From a virus, in the IMG/VR virus record IMGVR_UViG_3300025127_006147, positions 130,482 through 194,481 of that record: 64,000 bases of DNA. One strand, written 5' to 3'. Below the pieces are notes generated by a model. That model searched no databases. It was not told the DNA's origin and saw only the letters and a program-made list of their open reading frames with translations. Made by a program: the position numbers and the translations under genes. Positions 46,643-55,685 of this stretch are shown one piece after another; position 1 is the first letter of the stretch; the number at the start of each line of letters is the position of its first letter.

Positions 46643-49600
46643 TGTATACACTAAAAGAAATAAGAAAGATTTTAAATATTCAAGAACAAGACCGTAATGA
46701 AGACTCTTGGTCTGATGAAGATGCTATCGAAACAAATGAAGGAGACGGTAAACCTTTCACCCCTTTTGAATTAGCCATACTCAAATTAATCCACCAAAAC
46801 TTAACTAAAGGAAATATGGAGGATGTCCTACGTGACCACGCTTATCCTGGAAACGTGGGTAAGAAATGGATTAACATTGCAAAATTAGTTGGTCTAAGAC
46901 ATAGTATTCAACAAGGACATTCAATAAATGATATTGCATATGATAAAAAATATGTTAAGTGGGCATTAGATAATTGGACTGAAGACGGTGACTATGCTTC
47001 TATAGAAAAACCAATAAAAGTTCCACCTAAAAGATATGAAGTTGACCGAGAAGAATCAGGTTCCCAGGTAGTATATAAAGACGGTTCAACAACTGTAATT
47101 GCATATGATGAAGACATGGCAGGTGATACCGCAAATAATCAGTTTTGGGACTGGGGTGGTGAAATGGAGACTAATGATTATGGTGATTATGAAACTTATG
47201 ATAGTGAAATTACTGGTGTTAGACCCTTAGAAGTATTAAGTGAAGAAAAACAAAAAGAATTTAATGAGTTAGTTAAATTGTGTGAATTGGGTGAAAAGTA
47301 CACACCTAGAATTGTTGGTGGAGTTACCAGAGAAACTCTCACACAATTTTTAAAAGAAAATATAAATGATATGGTTTATAGGGATGAACCCAAAGAAAAA
47401 CATGTCAGAAGAATGAATCGTCCTTTGGGACCTTTGGAGGGATTCCCGATAGAGAAATTCAAAAACATACCTCCACCTAAAAACGAGTCCACAGAAACTG
47501 AAGAAGAAATAGATTATCTTGATAGTATTCCAGTAGAGAAAGGATTTGTTAATAGTGCAGACGATGTAGATGGACATTTCAAAAAGTTTTTAGAACCAAA
47601 AGGGTTAGAGTTTCCAACAGAAGAATTAAAAGACGTAATGAAAGGAGTTAAATCTATAATACTCCAATTGAAGTACCATTACAACAGACCTAGACCTTAT
47701 CAAGTAGCGGATGCTAAAAATTTAAAATTAGATTCAGAAAATTTAAAGTCTGCTAGTACACCTTCCTATCCTTCTGGACATGCAACACAAGGTACTTTCT
47801 TAGGTAGATATCTAGCTGACCTATACCCAGAGTACGAAAAAGAATTAAGACAGATAGGTGAGGATATTGCATTCAGTAGAAACATGGCAAAGGTTCACTA
47901 CCCTAGTGATTCAGAGTTTGGTAAAATGTTAGGTAATGATTTGTATGAGTTCGTATATCAACGAGAAGTAGAACTACAAGAACACTTTGAAGAATCTTCT
48001 TCAGAATATGGTGGAGACAAACTTCTCGTACCAATAAAAGCCTTGGAACAGTACGCTAACACATATTTAAAAGAAGATTTTAAAAATGAAATGAGTAATG
48101 TATTAGAATGTCTTGAGAGGACTTGTTATCAGATAGGTGAACCATATTATCTTTCAATGGTAGACGAGGATGGAGAATTAGTTCAACTACAATCAAATTG
48201 TAATGATTGTACTCACTTATTGGATGAGATACTACAAACTTTAGATGCGGAACTAATTAAAATGGGATTTTTAAAAGGGAATGATAATGGTATGTTAGTA
48301 AAACCATTCCCAAAAGAATATAATAGATGGGTAGAAGACATAATGCAAGAGATTAACCCAGGTTTTTTTATAGATGATAACGATGAGGTGAGTTATAAAG
48401 ATTTAGGAAATGCTCATGACGCATATTATGACTTGAGTGAACAAATTTCACCAGAAGCCTTACAAGACTTATATGCATTTCATGGTGAAGAATTAAAAGA
48501 ACGTAAGTTCGGTGAAAAAATTAAAGGTTTTACACAGAAAAAAAAAGAAGATTTAAAAAAGTTTTGGTTTGAATTAACAAAGGGTGCTAAACGTGAACGT
48601 AAAGAAACGGCAGAAGCAGTTAAGATATTAGCAAGACTTATTAAAAATAGAGACAGTGTTACCCAAGAGGACCTCACATTTCTAAAACAACAATCAGGAG
48701 ATATAGCGAGAATTATCGCCTTAATTAGTTTAGGTGCTGTATCAGTTGTAATACCAGTAGGTTTAGAAAAACTATTAAACCAGTATGGTATTTCTATTAT
48801 GCCTAGAAAGAGAAGTAAAGACGAAGATGGTAATGGGATAGATGACTATATAGATGTTACACAGAATGATAATCTACTAAACGAACAACAAGAAATTAGT
48901 CCAGTTTTAAAATATGGTGATATAATAACCATTCTAGATATACCAACACCCGAAATTGGCTTTTGGGAGGATGTACCTAGAGAAAAAAGACAAAGTTATG
49001 CATTTGGAGAACCAGAATTATTTAAACCTTACTGGGTATGGAAACCAAGTTATGGTGCACCAAAAAAAGAAGGAACTTACATTATAGTACCTCTCGATGA
49101 GGTATCTGAGTTACAAAAATTAGGACACTTAAAGCCAGAAGATGAAGGGTTACCGGGACATTTACATAAAAAACTAAGAACAATAAGAAGAAGTAGAGGT
49201 GACCAATGGTTAATGATAAATCATACAGAACCATTAAATGAATCAAAACAACAATTCAATCCAGAACTTAAAGAAGGTGATTTTATAAGAATTTATGATG
49301 TTGATAAAGACTCACCAATCATTAGTCGGGAAGGTTATACAGACCAAGACCGTTATACGATGTATGGTGGTGATAGTATACCAGAAATATTTAAAGTTTA
49401 TGTTGTTATGTTGGTAACCAAATATAAAACAACACAGTTTGGAAGAGAGGGTGAAAAAATTTATGTATTAATGGGACCAGACATGAACCCAAGTCGTCCA
49501 TATTATATATTTCCCTCACATGATACTTGGGTTAAAGTACCAAAAGAAGAAGGGTTGGAAGCGTTTAAAGAGGGTTTAGAGTCCTATCACCGTATGCATT

Positions 49601-52600
49601 TAAATGAGTCTGACCCTAAAAAAGGTACGGGAAAAAAACCAAAAGGTAGTGGTAGAAGATTATATACAGATGAAGACCCTAGTGACACAGTATCAGTTAA
49701 GTTTAGAACTAAAGAAGACATTGTAGACACATTAAATAAACCTTCGTTTAAATCTAAATCACACAAAAGACAATCACAAATCATTAATCTTATACACCAG
49801 AGAGTAAGAGCTGCACATAAAAACGCAAAAGACCCTAAAACCAAGAAAAGACTTAAAAGAGCTTTAGATTATATTACAAACAAAAAAGAAAGGTCAAAAG
49901 AAAAAACTAAAAGATTAAATAAATTAAACGAGTCTACTCAAACAAACCAACCACTTAATAGGGGTGATGAGATTATGATTGTAGACTTAGACCATAGTAC
50001 ACAAGGATACATGACTGGTAGACTTCCTATATCTATGGTAACACCAGACACCTTCAAACCTTATAGGATTTTTGGAATCACACACAGACGAAGAGAAAAC
50101 TGGGAGGGTCCAGATGCAGATACAAGAATTTATCAATTAGAACCTGTAGATATCACTGACGAAGAAAGAACTCAAGACATGATATCTGGTGGAGGCCAAA
50201 GAAGAGGTTTACATATGATACCAGGAGATACTTGGATACTACAAAAAAGACCAGAAAATTGGTATGATAATTTACATGAATCAAAACAAGAAATCAGTCC
50301 TAGGTTAGAAATTGGGGATAAAATTAAAGTAATTCAAATCGACGGGGAACACGAGAATGAATTAGGTGAACAACCAAACGAGGCCGCTAGAACATTAGCA
50401 AACACAAGAAAACATGGTATTGGAACTAGATTTTCAAAACCTGCTATAAAAGCCAACCCACAAAGATTTAGAAAATACACAAGAGACAAATATTTAAATG
50501 AACAACAAGAAATTAACCCAGAGTTAGAAATCGGTGATAAAATTAAAGTAATTGAAGTTGATGGTGAACACGGAAGAATGCCTAAATTATTTACAACAGT
50601 TTATGAAGTTATAAGAAGTTGGAGAAGGAATGTGAATGAAAATGGAGTGAGGGGAGAATGGTATGACTTGCTTCCAGAAAATTTTAGGGAACAGAAAAAG
50701 GTTGGAGAAAGGGATGTTAGGAATGATTCTAAAACAATATATCACGGTGATATCTGGATAAAGGTTAACCCAACTGAAACCCTGAATGAACAAAGAGAAC
50801 CCACAGAATTAAATCCTGAATTAAAAATGGGGGATGAAATTATGGTAGTGGATGTAAATAGTGAAAGAGAAAGTGGTGAGACATCGTACACGACTCCACC
50901 TACAGGACGTAAATCAGAAAGATATATTCCTTATGTGGTTGTAGAAAAAAATTCTAATGGACATCAGTCAGAATGGCGTTGGAAATACGTGGTTGTGGAA
51001 AAGAGATTTTTAGAAAAAATTCTTAAACTAATGGAGGAACGACCAGGTTATGTGAAAAGTGTTCCTGGTCGAAATTTAGCCCCTGGTTATGATACAGATT
51101 GGACAGGAAACCTTATAGAAATGAATGCTAAGTTTTTATATCCTTGGGTATACCAGTGGATAAAAACTGGTGAGTTTAATGAACTTAGTAAATTTGGACT
51201 AACTGAAACTTTAAATGAAGAGACTACTATCTTTGGACAAGGTTTAATGAATAACATTAAACCAGAAGAGTTTGAAGGTACGGATGAAGAATGGGAAGAA
51301 ATGGTAACATTAAATTCAGATGAGGTATTAGATATAGAAGATGATTATGAATATGTTGGAGGTATAACTGACCCATCAACAGGATTTGTTGCCCCATCTA
51401 AAGAAGTCACCAATAATATATGTAAAGTAAAAGGTTTCTGTAAAGCACAAGGACCTATTACTTTTGGACAATTAAGAGAATTAGTGAAAGCTGCAAGTAG
51501 TAAAAGACTTAAATCTGACATGGGACGTGGTACATTTAGAGAACTATGGAGAATAGTACCATTCTTTATACCACAAGTTTTATTAGCTGCTGTTGGAGCA
51601 GAACTAGCAAGAGTCATTAACAAAATAATATCTCCAGCTTTAAAGGAAGCTGGAAGTTATAAATCCTGGTGGGGTCAAGTAGTTATGAAAACTATGAATG
51701 TTGCGGAAGGAACAGCTTTTCCTAATATGGTTTTAGGTGATGACCCACTTACCAAAGTATTTTTTATCTCCGATGGTCTATTACATATGATTAGTGATAA
51801 GTACAAATTAAAGTTTGCGAAATATGTTGCGGATGTAGCAGCAAGTAAACCTGACGATGAACCAGTTCCAGATTGGTTTGTTGAAAATTTATTAAGAGAT
51901 TATTTAAATCAAAAGTTTTTATTAGACCCACCATTACCAGTCAAGGTAAGTAACGAACCACTAAATGAACAACAGTTCCCTTTTAATCCCAACAACAAAG
52001 ATATAGAAAGGGACCATCCAGAAGGTGAACCAGACTGGTCTATAAGACGTGGTGACCAACACTACGCTATGAATGTAGAAAATACACCTAACGAACCCGT
52101 TGCGGCGTTTAATAACTATTTGGTTAAGAATTCACCTTTTATAATTGAAGGTTTTGATTTTTATCTAAGTGCAGTTCCAGGTAATATGCCTCAATCAGCT
52201 ATTGTCGATGTGTATGTTCCCATGATGGATGATAGTGCAGTTGCGGATGATATTTGGAATAAGGATAGAATTTATTATGAAAGAACCCAGGATGGGTCTA
52301 GTGACCGTATGATATACCAAGGAAGAAAAGAGAAACTGCATAATCTTGATTATGACCAAAAATTTCCTGAATTTACATACTATGAAGATTTTCAAGACCA
52401 ACATCCAGAATATATTGAGTACTTAGAAAAAGAATTAGGTGATAGCAATTTACTTAATGAACCTGGGGCACAATATGAAATGATTTGGAGAACCAAAAGA
52501 ATGAACTTACAAAATGAATTAGATAGTATGGCTAAATTATTTGGTGTAAGTCGGGCTTTAATCAATAGGAACCCTAGAAAACCATGGAAGAGACAAAGAG

Positions 52601-52665
52601 ACAATTATAATAATGAAAAAATTAGACCAGGTAAGTTAGTACCAAGAGGATGGCCTCGTCCTTAA
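46642..52665 (+). CDS. 2007-aa putative polyprotein: FW module / PAP2-family phosphatase / hydrophobic module / six GD-W repeats with an inserted basic module / further modules
   Basis: KYHYNRPRP, PSYPSGHA, SRNMAKVHYPSD (PAP2); L-[NH]-E-[QSE] junctions at 48877, 49234, 49600, 49924, 50272, 50494, 50782, 51211, 51961; also LKE|N 47350 and LQE|H 47974. Confidence 0.8.
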   Translation: MYTLKEIRKILNIQEQDRNEDSWSDEDAIETNEGDGKPFTPFELAILKLIHQNLTKGNMEDVLRDHAYPGNVGKKWINIAKLVGLRHSIQQGHSINDIAYDKKYVKWALDNWTEDGDYASIEKPIKVPPKRYEVDREESGSQVVYKDGSTTVIAYDEDMAGDTANNQFWDWGGEMETNDYGDYETYDSEITGVRPLEVLSEEKQKEFNELVKLCELGEKYTPRIVGGVTRETLTQFLKENINDMVYRDEPKEKHVRRMNRPLGPLEGFPIEKFKNIPPPKNESTETEEEIDYLDSIPVEKGFVNSADDVDGHFKKFLEPKGLEFPTEELKDVMKGVKSIILQLKYHYNRPRPYQVADAKNLKLDSENLKSASTPSYPSGHATQGTFLGRYLADLYPEYEKELRQIGEDIAFSRNMAKVHYPSDSEFGKMLGNDLYEFVYQREVELQEHFEESSSEYGGDKLLVPIKALEQYANTYLKEDFKNEMSNVLECLERTCYQIGEPYYLSMVDEDGELVQLQSNCNDCTHLLDEILQTLDAELIKMGFLKGNDNGMLVKPFPKEYNRWVEDIMQEINPGFFIDDNDEVSYKDLGNAHDAYYDLSEQISPEALQDLYAFHGEELKERKFGEKIKGFTQKKKEDLKKFWFELTKGAKRERKETAEAVKILARLIKNRDSVTQEDLTFLKQQSGDIARIIALISLGAVSVVIPVGLEKLLNQYGISIMPRKRSKDEDGNGIDDYIDVTQNDNLLNEQQEISPVLKYGDIITILDIPTPEIGFWEDVPREKRQSYAFGEPELFKPYWVWKPSYGAPKKEGTYIIVPLDEVSELQKLGHLKPEDEGLPGHLHKKLRTIRRSRGDQWLMINHTEPLNESKQQFNPELKEGDFIRIYDVDKDSPIISREGYTDQDRYTMYGGDSIPEIFKVYVVMLVTKYKTTQFGREGEKIYVLMGPDMNPSRPYYIFPSHDTWVKVPKEEGLEAFKEGLESYHRMHLNESDPKKGTGKKPKGSGRRLYTDEDPSDTVSVKFRTKEDIVDTLNKPSFKSKSHKRQSQIINLIHQRVRAAHKNAKDPKTKKRLKRALDYITNKKERSKEKTKRLNKLNESTQTNQPLNRGDEIMIVDLDHSTQGYMTGRLPISMVTPDTFKPYRIFGITHRRRENWEGPDADTRIYQLEPVDITDEERTQDMISGGGQRRGLHMIPGDTWILQKRPENWYDNLHESKQEISPRLEIGDKIKVIQIDGEHENELGEQPNEAARTLANTRKHGIGTRFSKPAIKANPQRFRKYTRDKYLNEQQEINPELEIGDKIKVIEVDGEHGRMPKLFTTVYEVIRSWRRNVNENGVRGEWYDLLPENFREQKKVGERDVRNDSKTIYHGDIWIKVNPTETLNEQREPTELNPELKMGDEIMVVDVNSERESGETSYTTPPTGRKSERYIPYVVVEKNSNGHQSEWRWKYVVVEKRFLEKILKLMEERPGYVKSVPGRNLAPGYDTDWTGNLIEMNAKFLYPWVYQWIKTGEFNELSKFGLTETLNEETTIFGQGLMNNIKPEEFEGTDEEWEEMVTLNSDEVLDIEDDYEYVGGITDPSTGFVAPSKEVTNNICKVKGFCKAQGPITFGQLRELVKAASSKRLKSDMGRGTFRELWRIVPFFIPQVLLAAVGAELARVINKIISPALKEAGSYKSWWGQVVMKTMNVAEGTAFPNMVLGDDPLTKVFFISDGLLHMISDKYKLKFAKYVADVAASKPDDEPVPDWFVENLLRDYLNQKFLLDPPLPVKVSNEPLNEQQFPFNPNNKDIERDHPEGEPDWSIRRGDQHYAMNVENTPNEPVAAFNNYLVKNSPFIIEGFDFYLSAVPGNMPQSAIVDVYVPMMDDSAVADDIWNKDRIYYERTQDGSSDRMIYQGRKEKLHNLDYDQKFPEFTYYEDFQDQHPEYIEYLEKELGDSNLLNEPGAQYEMIWRTKRMNLQNELDSMAKLFGVSRALINRNPRKPWKRQRDNYNNEKIRPGKLVPRGWPRP
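48877..51200 (+). repeat. six tandem, protein-level diverged GD-W modules
   Basis: Each starts after L-x-E-[QS] with P.L..GD.I.[IV]; five end in D.W[ILV] or YQWI. Confidence 0.8.
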
Positions 52666-52706
52666 TCATTTACATTTTATTAACTAACATTTAAACTTAT
52701 AATATA

Positions 52707-53177
52707 ATGAGATATGTTATTGAAATATTTAAGTTTATAGGTAAAGTATTAAATCCAAACTACTATTTAAAAGCAATTCAAGTTAGAGACATAATACAGT
52801 ATAGAAAATTAAAAGTAGTAGGTAGAGATAATTATTTTACTGATACCGTATATGATTGGAATTACCTTAGAAAGTCTTTAAACAGGGGTTATATACCTTC
52901 TATAGTAGTTCATTTAGACTTAGATAAAAGTACTAATGAATTCATATACAACATATCAAACGGTAACCATAGATTTTTTATTTTAACAGAAAACAAAAAA
53001 GAAAATGATTACATAAAAGTATGGGTAGATAGAAGGTTGGGAAGAAGATATCACAAAGCTATCCAGACAGCACAAAATATGGAACAAAAGGTTAAAAAAA
53101 TTGAAAACGATTTGAAAAAAAATTATCACGATAGGATAAATAATTCACCCAATAAAAAAAGACTAAAAAATAATTAA
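52707..53177 (+). CDS. possible ParB/Srx-like protein
   Basis: GYIPSIVV...ISNGNHRF (GxHR-like). Confidence 0.45.
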   Translation: MRYVIEIFKFIGKVLNPNYYLKAIQVRDIIQYRKLKVVGRDNYFTDTVYDWNYLRKSLNRGYIPSIVVHLDLDKSTNEFIYNISNGNHRFFILTENKKENDYIKVWVDRRLGRRYHKAIQTAQNMEQKVKKIENDLKKNYHDRINNSPNKKRLKNN

Positions 53178-53178
53178 C

Positions 53179-53400
53179 ATGAATTTAAATTCAAAAGCAG
53201 ACTACTATCAATGGTTAATGTCTGAACATGGTAAAATATCAGAAATGATGAGAAGGATACCTAAGTTATCCATTGAAGAACAATCCAAAAGAGTGGATTT
53301 AGTAGAGTACGATGAAACTAATCAGAAAAAAATAAATGAGTATAAACAGGCTTTGTTAAGATTAGAAAACGAAGCCAACAGAATTACTCGATACCTGTAA
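53179..53400 (+). CDS. hypothetical protein
   Basis: 73-aa ORF in a tight operon. Confidence 0.65.
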   Translation: MNLNSKADYYQWLMSEHGKISEMMRRIPKLSIEEQSKRVDLVEYDETNQKKINEYKQALLRLENEANRITRYL

Positions 53401-53405
53401 AACAA

Positions 53406-53606
53406 ATGCCTCTTAAACCACCCCCATTAAAAGTTATTTTAGAATTATTATCATTCTTATTTCAAATAACTTTAGGTTTATTAGTTTTAGGCTTGTCATT
53501 ACCATTTATTATTAGTAGAATTATAATAGAAGAAATTTGGGATGTTGTGAAAACATATGTCAAAATTTTATCCCAATCTAAATTTATAAAAAGATTAAAA
53601 AAATGA
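53406..53606 (+). CDS. small membrane protein
   Basis: Hydrophobic core; ATGA-coupled to the next gene. Confidence 0.6.
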   Translation: MPLKPPPLKVILELLSFLFQITLGLLVLGLSLPFIISRIIIEEIWDVVKTYVKILSQSKFIKRLKK

Positions 53607-53860
53607 ACAGTAATGAATTTGTGTTTTGGTTAAAGGGTATAGTTGACTCTACTGATTTTATGCCAACTAAAAAAACTTGGGACTTAATAGTAGATGTAAT
53701 GGACACCGTAAAAATTAACAAAAAAGAACCGACTCCCTTTAATCCAGCGGTAGTAACAAGATTGACAGAAATACAGTCACCACCACCAACCGAAAATCCG
53801 TATGAAGTTAGGTGTGAAAAAAATCAAGAACAAAATATTAACTTAAAAAAAGACATATAA
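53603..53860 (+). CDS. conserved phage hypothetical protein
   Basis: EFVFWLKGIV...PT...W motif. Confidence 0.7.
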   Translation: MNSNEFVFWLKGIVDSTDFMPTKKTWDLIVDVMDTVKINKKEPTPFNPAVVTRLTEIQSPPPTENPYEVRCEKNQEQNINLKKDI

Positions 53861-54052
53861 ATGCCTTATCTAATTATTAAAAAAATGAAAAACCCAAAAA
53901 CGGGTAAAACCACTTTTACGGTTTTAAATAACGGTATAAGTGAAATAATGGAAATAAAAGAAAAAAAGAAAGCGGAAAAACTAGTTAAAGTTTTTAATGA
54001 AAATTCCGATAGTGGTTGGACTTACGAAGTAAAAGAAATATGCGAAAAATGA
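53861..54052 (+). CDS. hypothetical protein
   Basis: 63-aa ORF abutting the previous stop. Confidence 0.65.
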   Translation: MPYLIIKKMKNPKTGKTTFTVLNNGISEIMEIKEKKKAEKLVKVFNENSDSGWTYEVKEICEK

Positions 54053-54124
54053 AAAGAAAACATTATCACGTAATTTATGTAACTTTAATGTTATTAATGT
54101 TATTTATAGGACAAAATTACTAAA

Positions 54125-54322
54125 ATGGGACATTGGGAGGATTTTTGGTGGGATACTACCAGAGAATTAAAAGAATTAGGTCTACAAGAAGAGTTTAATA
54201 AAGAACTTAAAAAGATGGACACTAAACATAAACACAGGTATAAGGACACCAGAACTAGGTGGGAACACGCTTTCGGTAAAGTTCTTAAAAAATATATAAA
54301 GAAAAATGGGAGCACTAATTAG
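54125..54322 (+). CDS. hypothetical protein
   Basis: 65-aa ORF. Confidence 0.6.
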   Translation: MGHWEDFWWDTTRELKELGLQEEFNKELKKMDTKHKHRYKDTRTRWEHAFGKVLKKYIKKNGSTN

Positions 54323-54396
54323 TACTTGTGTCATATTAGTTATATTAAATTTGCTTTTATTAGCTAGTAGAACAATGGACAAAAAAGATAAATAAT

Positions 54397-54594
54397 ATGG
54401 ATATGATGACGTTTATAATGGGTTTTAGTTACCTTATGTTAGGATTTTTATGGGTATATTTACACTACAAAATTTATAATAGGCAGTTACTCAACGAGTT
54501 AAGTGTTTTTTTCCTTATAATTTTGTGGCCTATATCTTTTTTATTCACAATTCCTACCATTTTTAGATTGTTACGTAGAAAGTTGAATATTTAA
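54397..54594 (+). CDS. small membrane protein
   Basis: Two hydrophobic segments, ILWP motif. Confidence 0.6.
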   Translation: MDMMTFIMGFSYLMLGFLWVYLHYKIYNRQLLNELSVFFLIILWPISFLFTIPTIFRLLRRKLNI

Positions 54595-54613
54595 AAAAAT
54601 ATTATTAAATTTG
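54583..54613 (+). promoter_or_regulatory. Bacteroidota-type promoter, probably leaderless
   Basis: TTGA 54583-54586, TAAATTTG 54606-54613, ATG 54618. Confidence 0.55.
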
Positions 54614-54617
54614 TCGT

Positions 54618-55148
54618 ATGGATTTATCATATAAAATAAAAAATGAAGACAGAAGAAATCATCCACTTAAGTGGTGGGTTATGCCAGACGAAACAGCTGT
54701 AGCTATATACCAAGGTTTTAGAGGTGAAAACCCAGACTTAGATTTTATTGTTAAGTACCGAAGTCCTGGTAAAAGATTAAGAACACCTTCTCATACCCAT
54801 TGGATAGTCGATTTATTAGTTAAATGTGAATACAATAAAGACTTAGTTAAATTGTATGTAGAACATTTAATTAAAATGTATGAAGAAATAGAACCTTTTA
54901 AAAATCAACAAGACCGTAATAATTATTCCCTGAAGTACGTACCTACTACCGTGGCATTATTTGGAGAATTAGATAATGCGGGATATTACTCAGTGCAAAT
55001 GTTGACCACCTTAGTAGAATTATTTTGTAAATGTGAAAAACAAACTACGGGTGCATTTATGTTTAAAGGATTACTTAATCTAGTTAAAGAATATTGTGAA
55101 GGAACCAAAGACTTTTACCAAATTGTAGGATATTCAAAACGTGTATAA
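54618..55148 (+). CDS. hypothetical protein
   Basis: 176-aa ORF, RTPSHTHWIVDLL. Confidence 0.75.
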   Translation: MDLSYKIKNEDRRNHPLKWWVMPDETAVAIYQGFRGENPDLDFIVKYRSPGKRLRTPSHTHWIVDLLVKCEYNKDLVKLYVEHLIKMYEEIEPFKNQQDRNNYSLKYVPTTVALFGELDNAGYYSVQMLTTLVELFCKCEKQTTGAFMFKGLLNLVKEYCEGTKDFYQIVGYSKRV

Positions 55149-55497
55149 AATGAAAAATAGTTACCCAAACACAGTTCAAGAATGGTTAGAAAACTTATAT
55201 TCTAACCTCAAAAAAGAAGGGTTTTTTGAAGACCAGGAACTAGGACTTTATTCAGATGAAAAAGTATACAACCATTTCCAAGAAATTTTAGGTGATGCTG
55301 CTTTACAATCCTGGTTAAAAGAAGGTGAGGTTACAATAAAAGAAAAAGATTTAACAATACTTTTATTTCAAGTGGTTGTTAAAACCCATGTAGAAGAGTT
55401 AAAAAATGAAGGTACTATAGACTCAATAGAAAATGAAAATGGTGATGAAGTAATGTGGTTAACACAGAAAGGTAAAAATCAAGTAAAAGACTTATGA
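55141..55497 (+). CDS. hypothetical protein
   Basis: 118-aa ORF, overlap-coupled. Confidence 0.7.
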   Translation: MYKMKNSYPNTVQEWLENLYSNLKKEGFFEDQELGLYSDEKVYNHFQEILGDAALQSWLKEGEVTIKEKDLTILLFQVVVKTHVEELKNEGTIDSIENENGDEVMWLTQKGKNQVKDL

Positions 55498-55685
55498 ATA
55501 TACACCAACAATTAAAAGCTAAACAAAAAGCTATTAGAGTAATCCAAAGTTGTAAAACCTTGGAACAACTTAATAGTGCTGTAAACTATGTTAGAAACTA
55601 TAATGACTTATTTTCTGATATGGTTGGTTACTCAGAACTTAAAAGATTAATTTTTAAAAAACAAAACTTATGTCAAAAAAACTAG
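55494..55685 (+). CDS. hypothetical protein
   Basis: KAIRVIQSCKT.EQL motif, ATGA overlap. Confidence 0.65.
   Translation: MNIHQQLKAKQKAIRVIQSCKTLEQLNSAVNYVRNYNDLFSDMVGYSELKRLIFKKQNLCQKN

Noticed and set aside
37351-52665. Inteins or introns explaining the giant ORFs
   Set aside because: No C/S...HN-[CST] splice junctions or homing-endonuclease motifs at the module borders, and the frames are uninterrupted.
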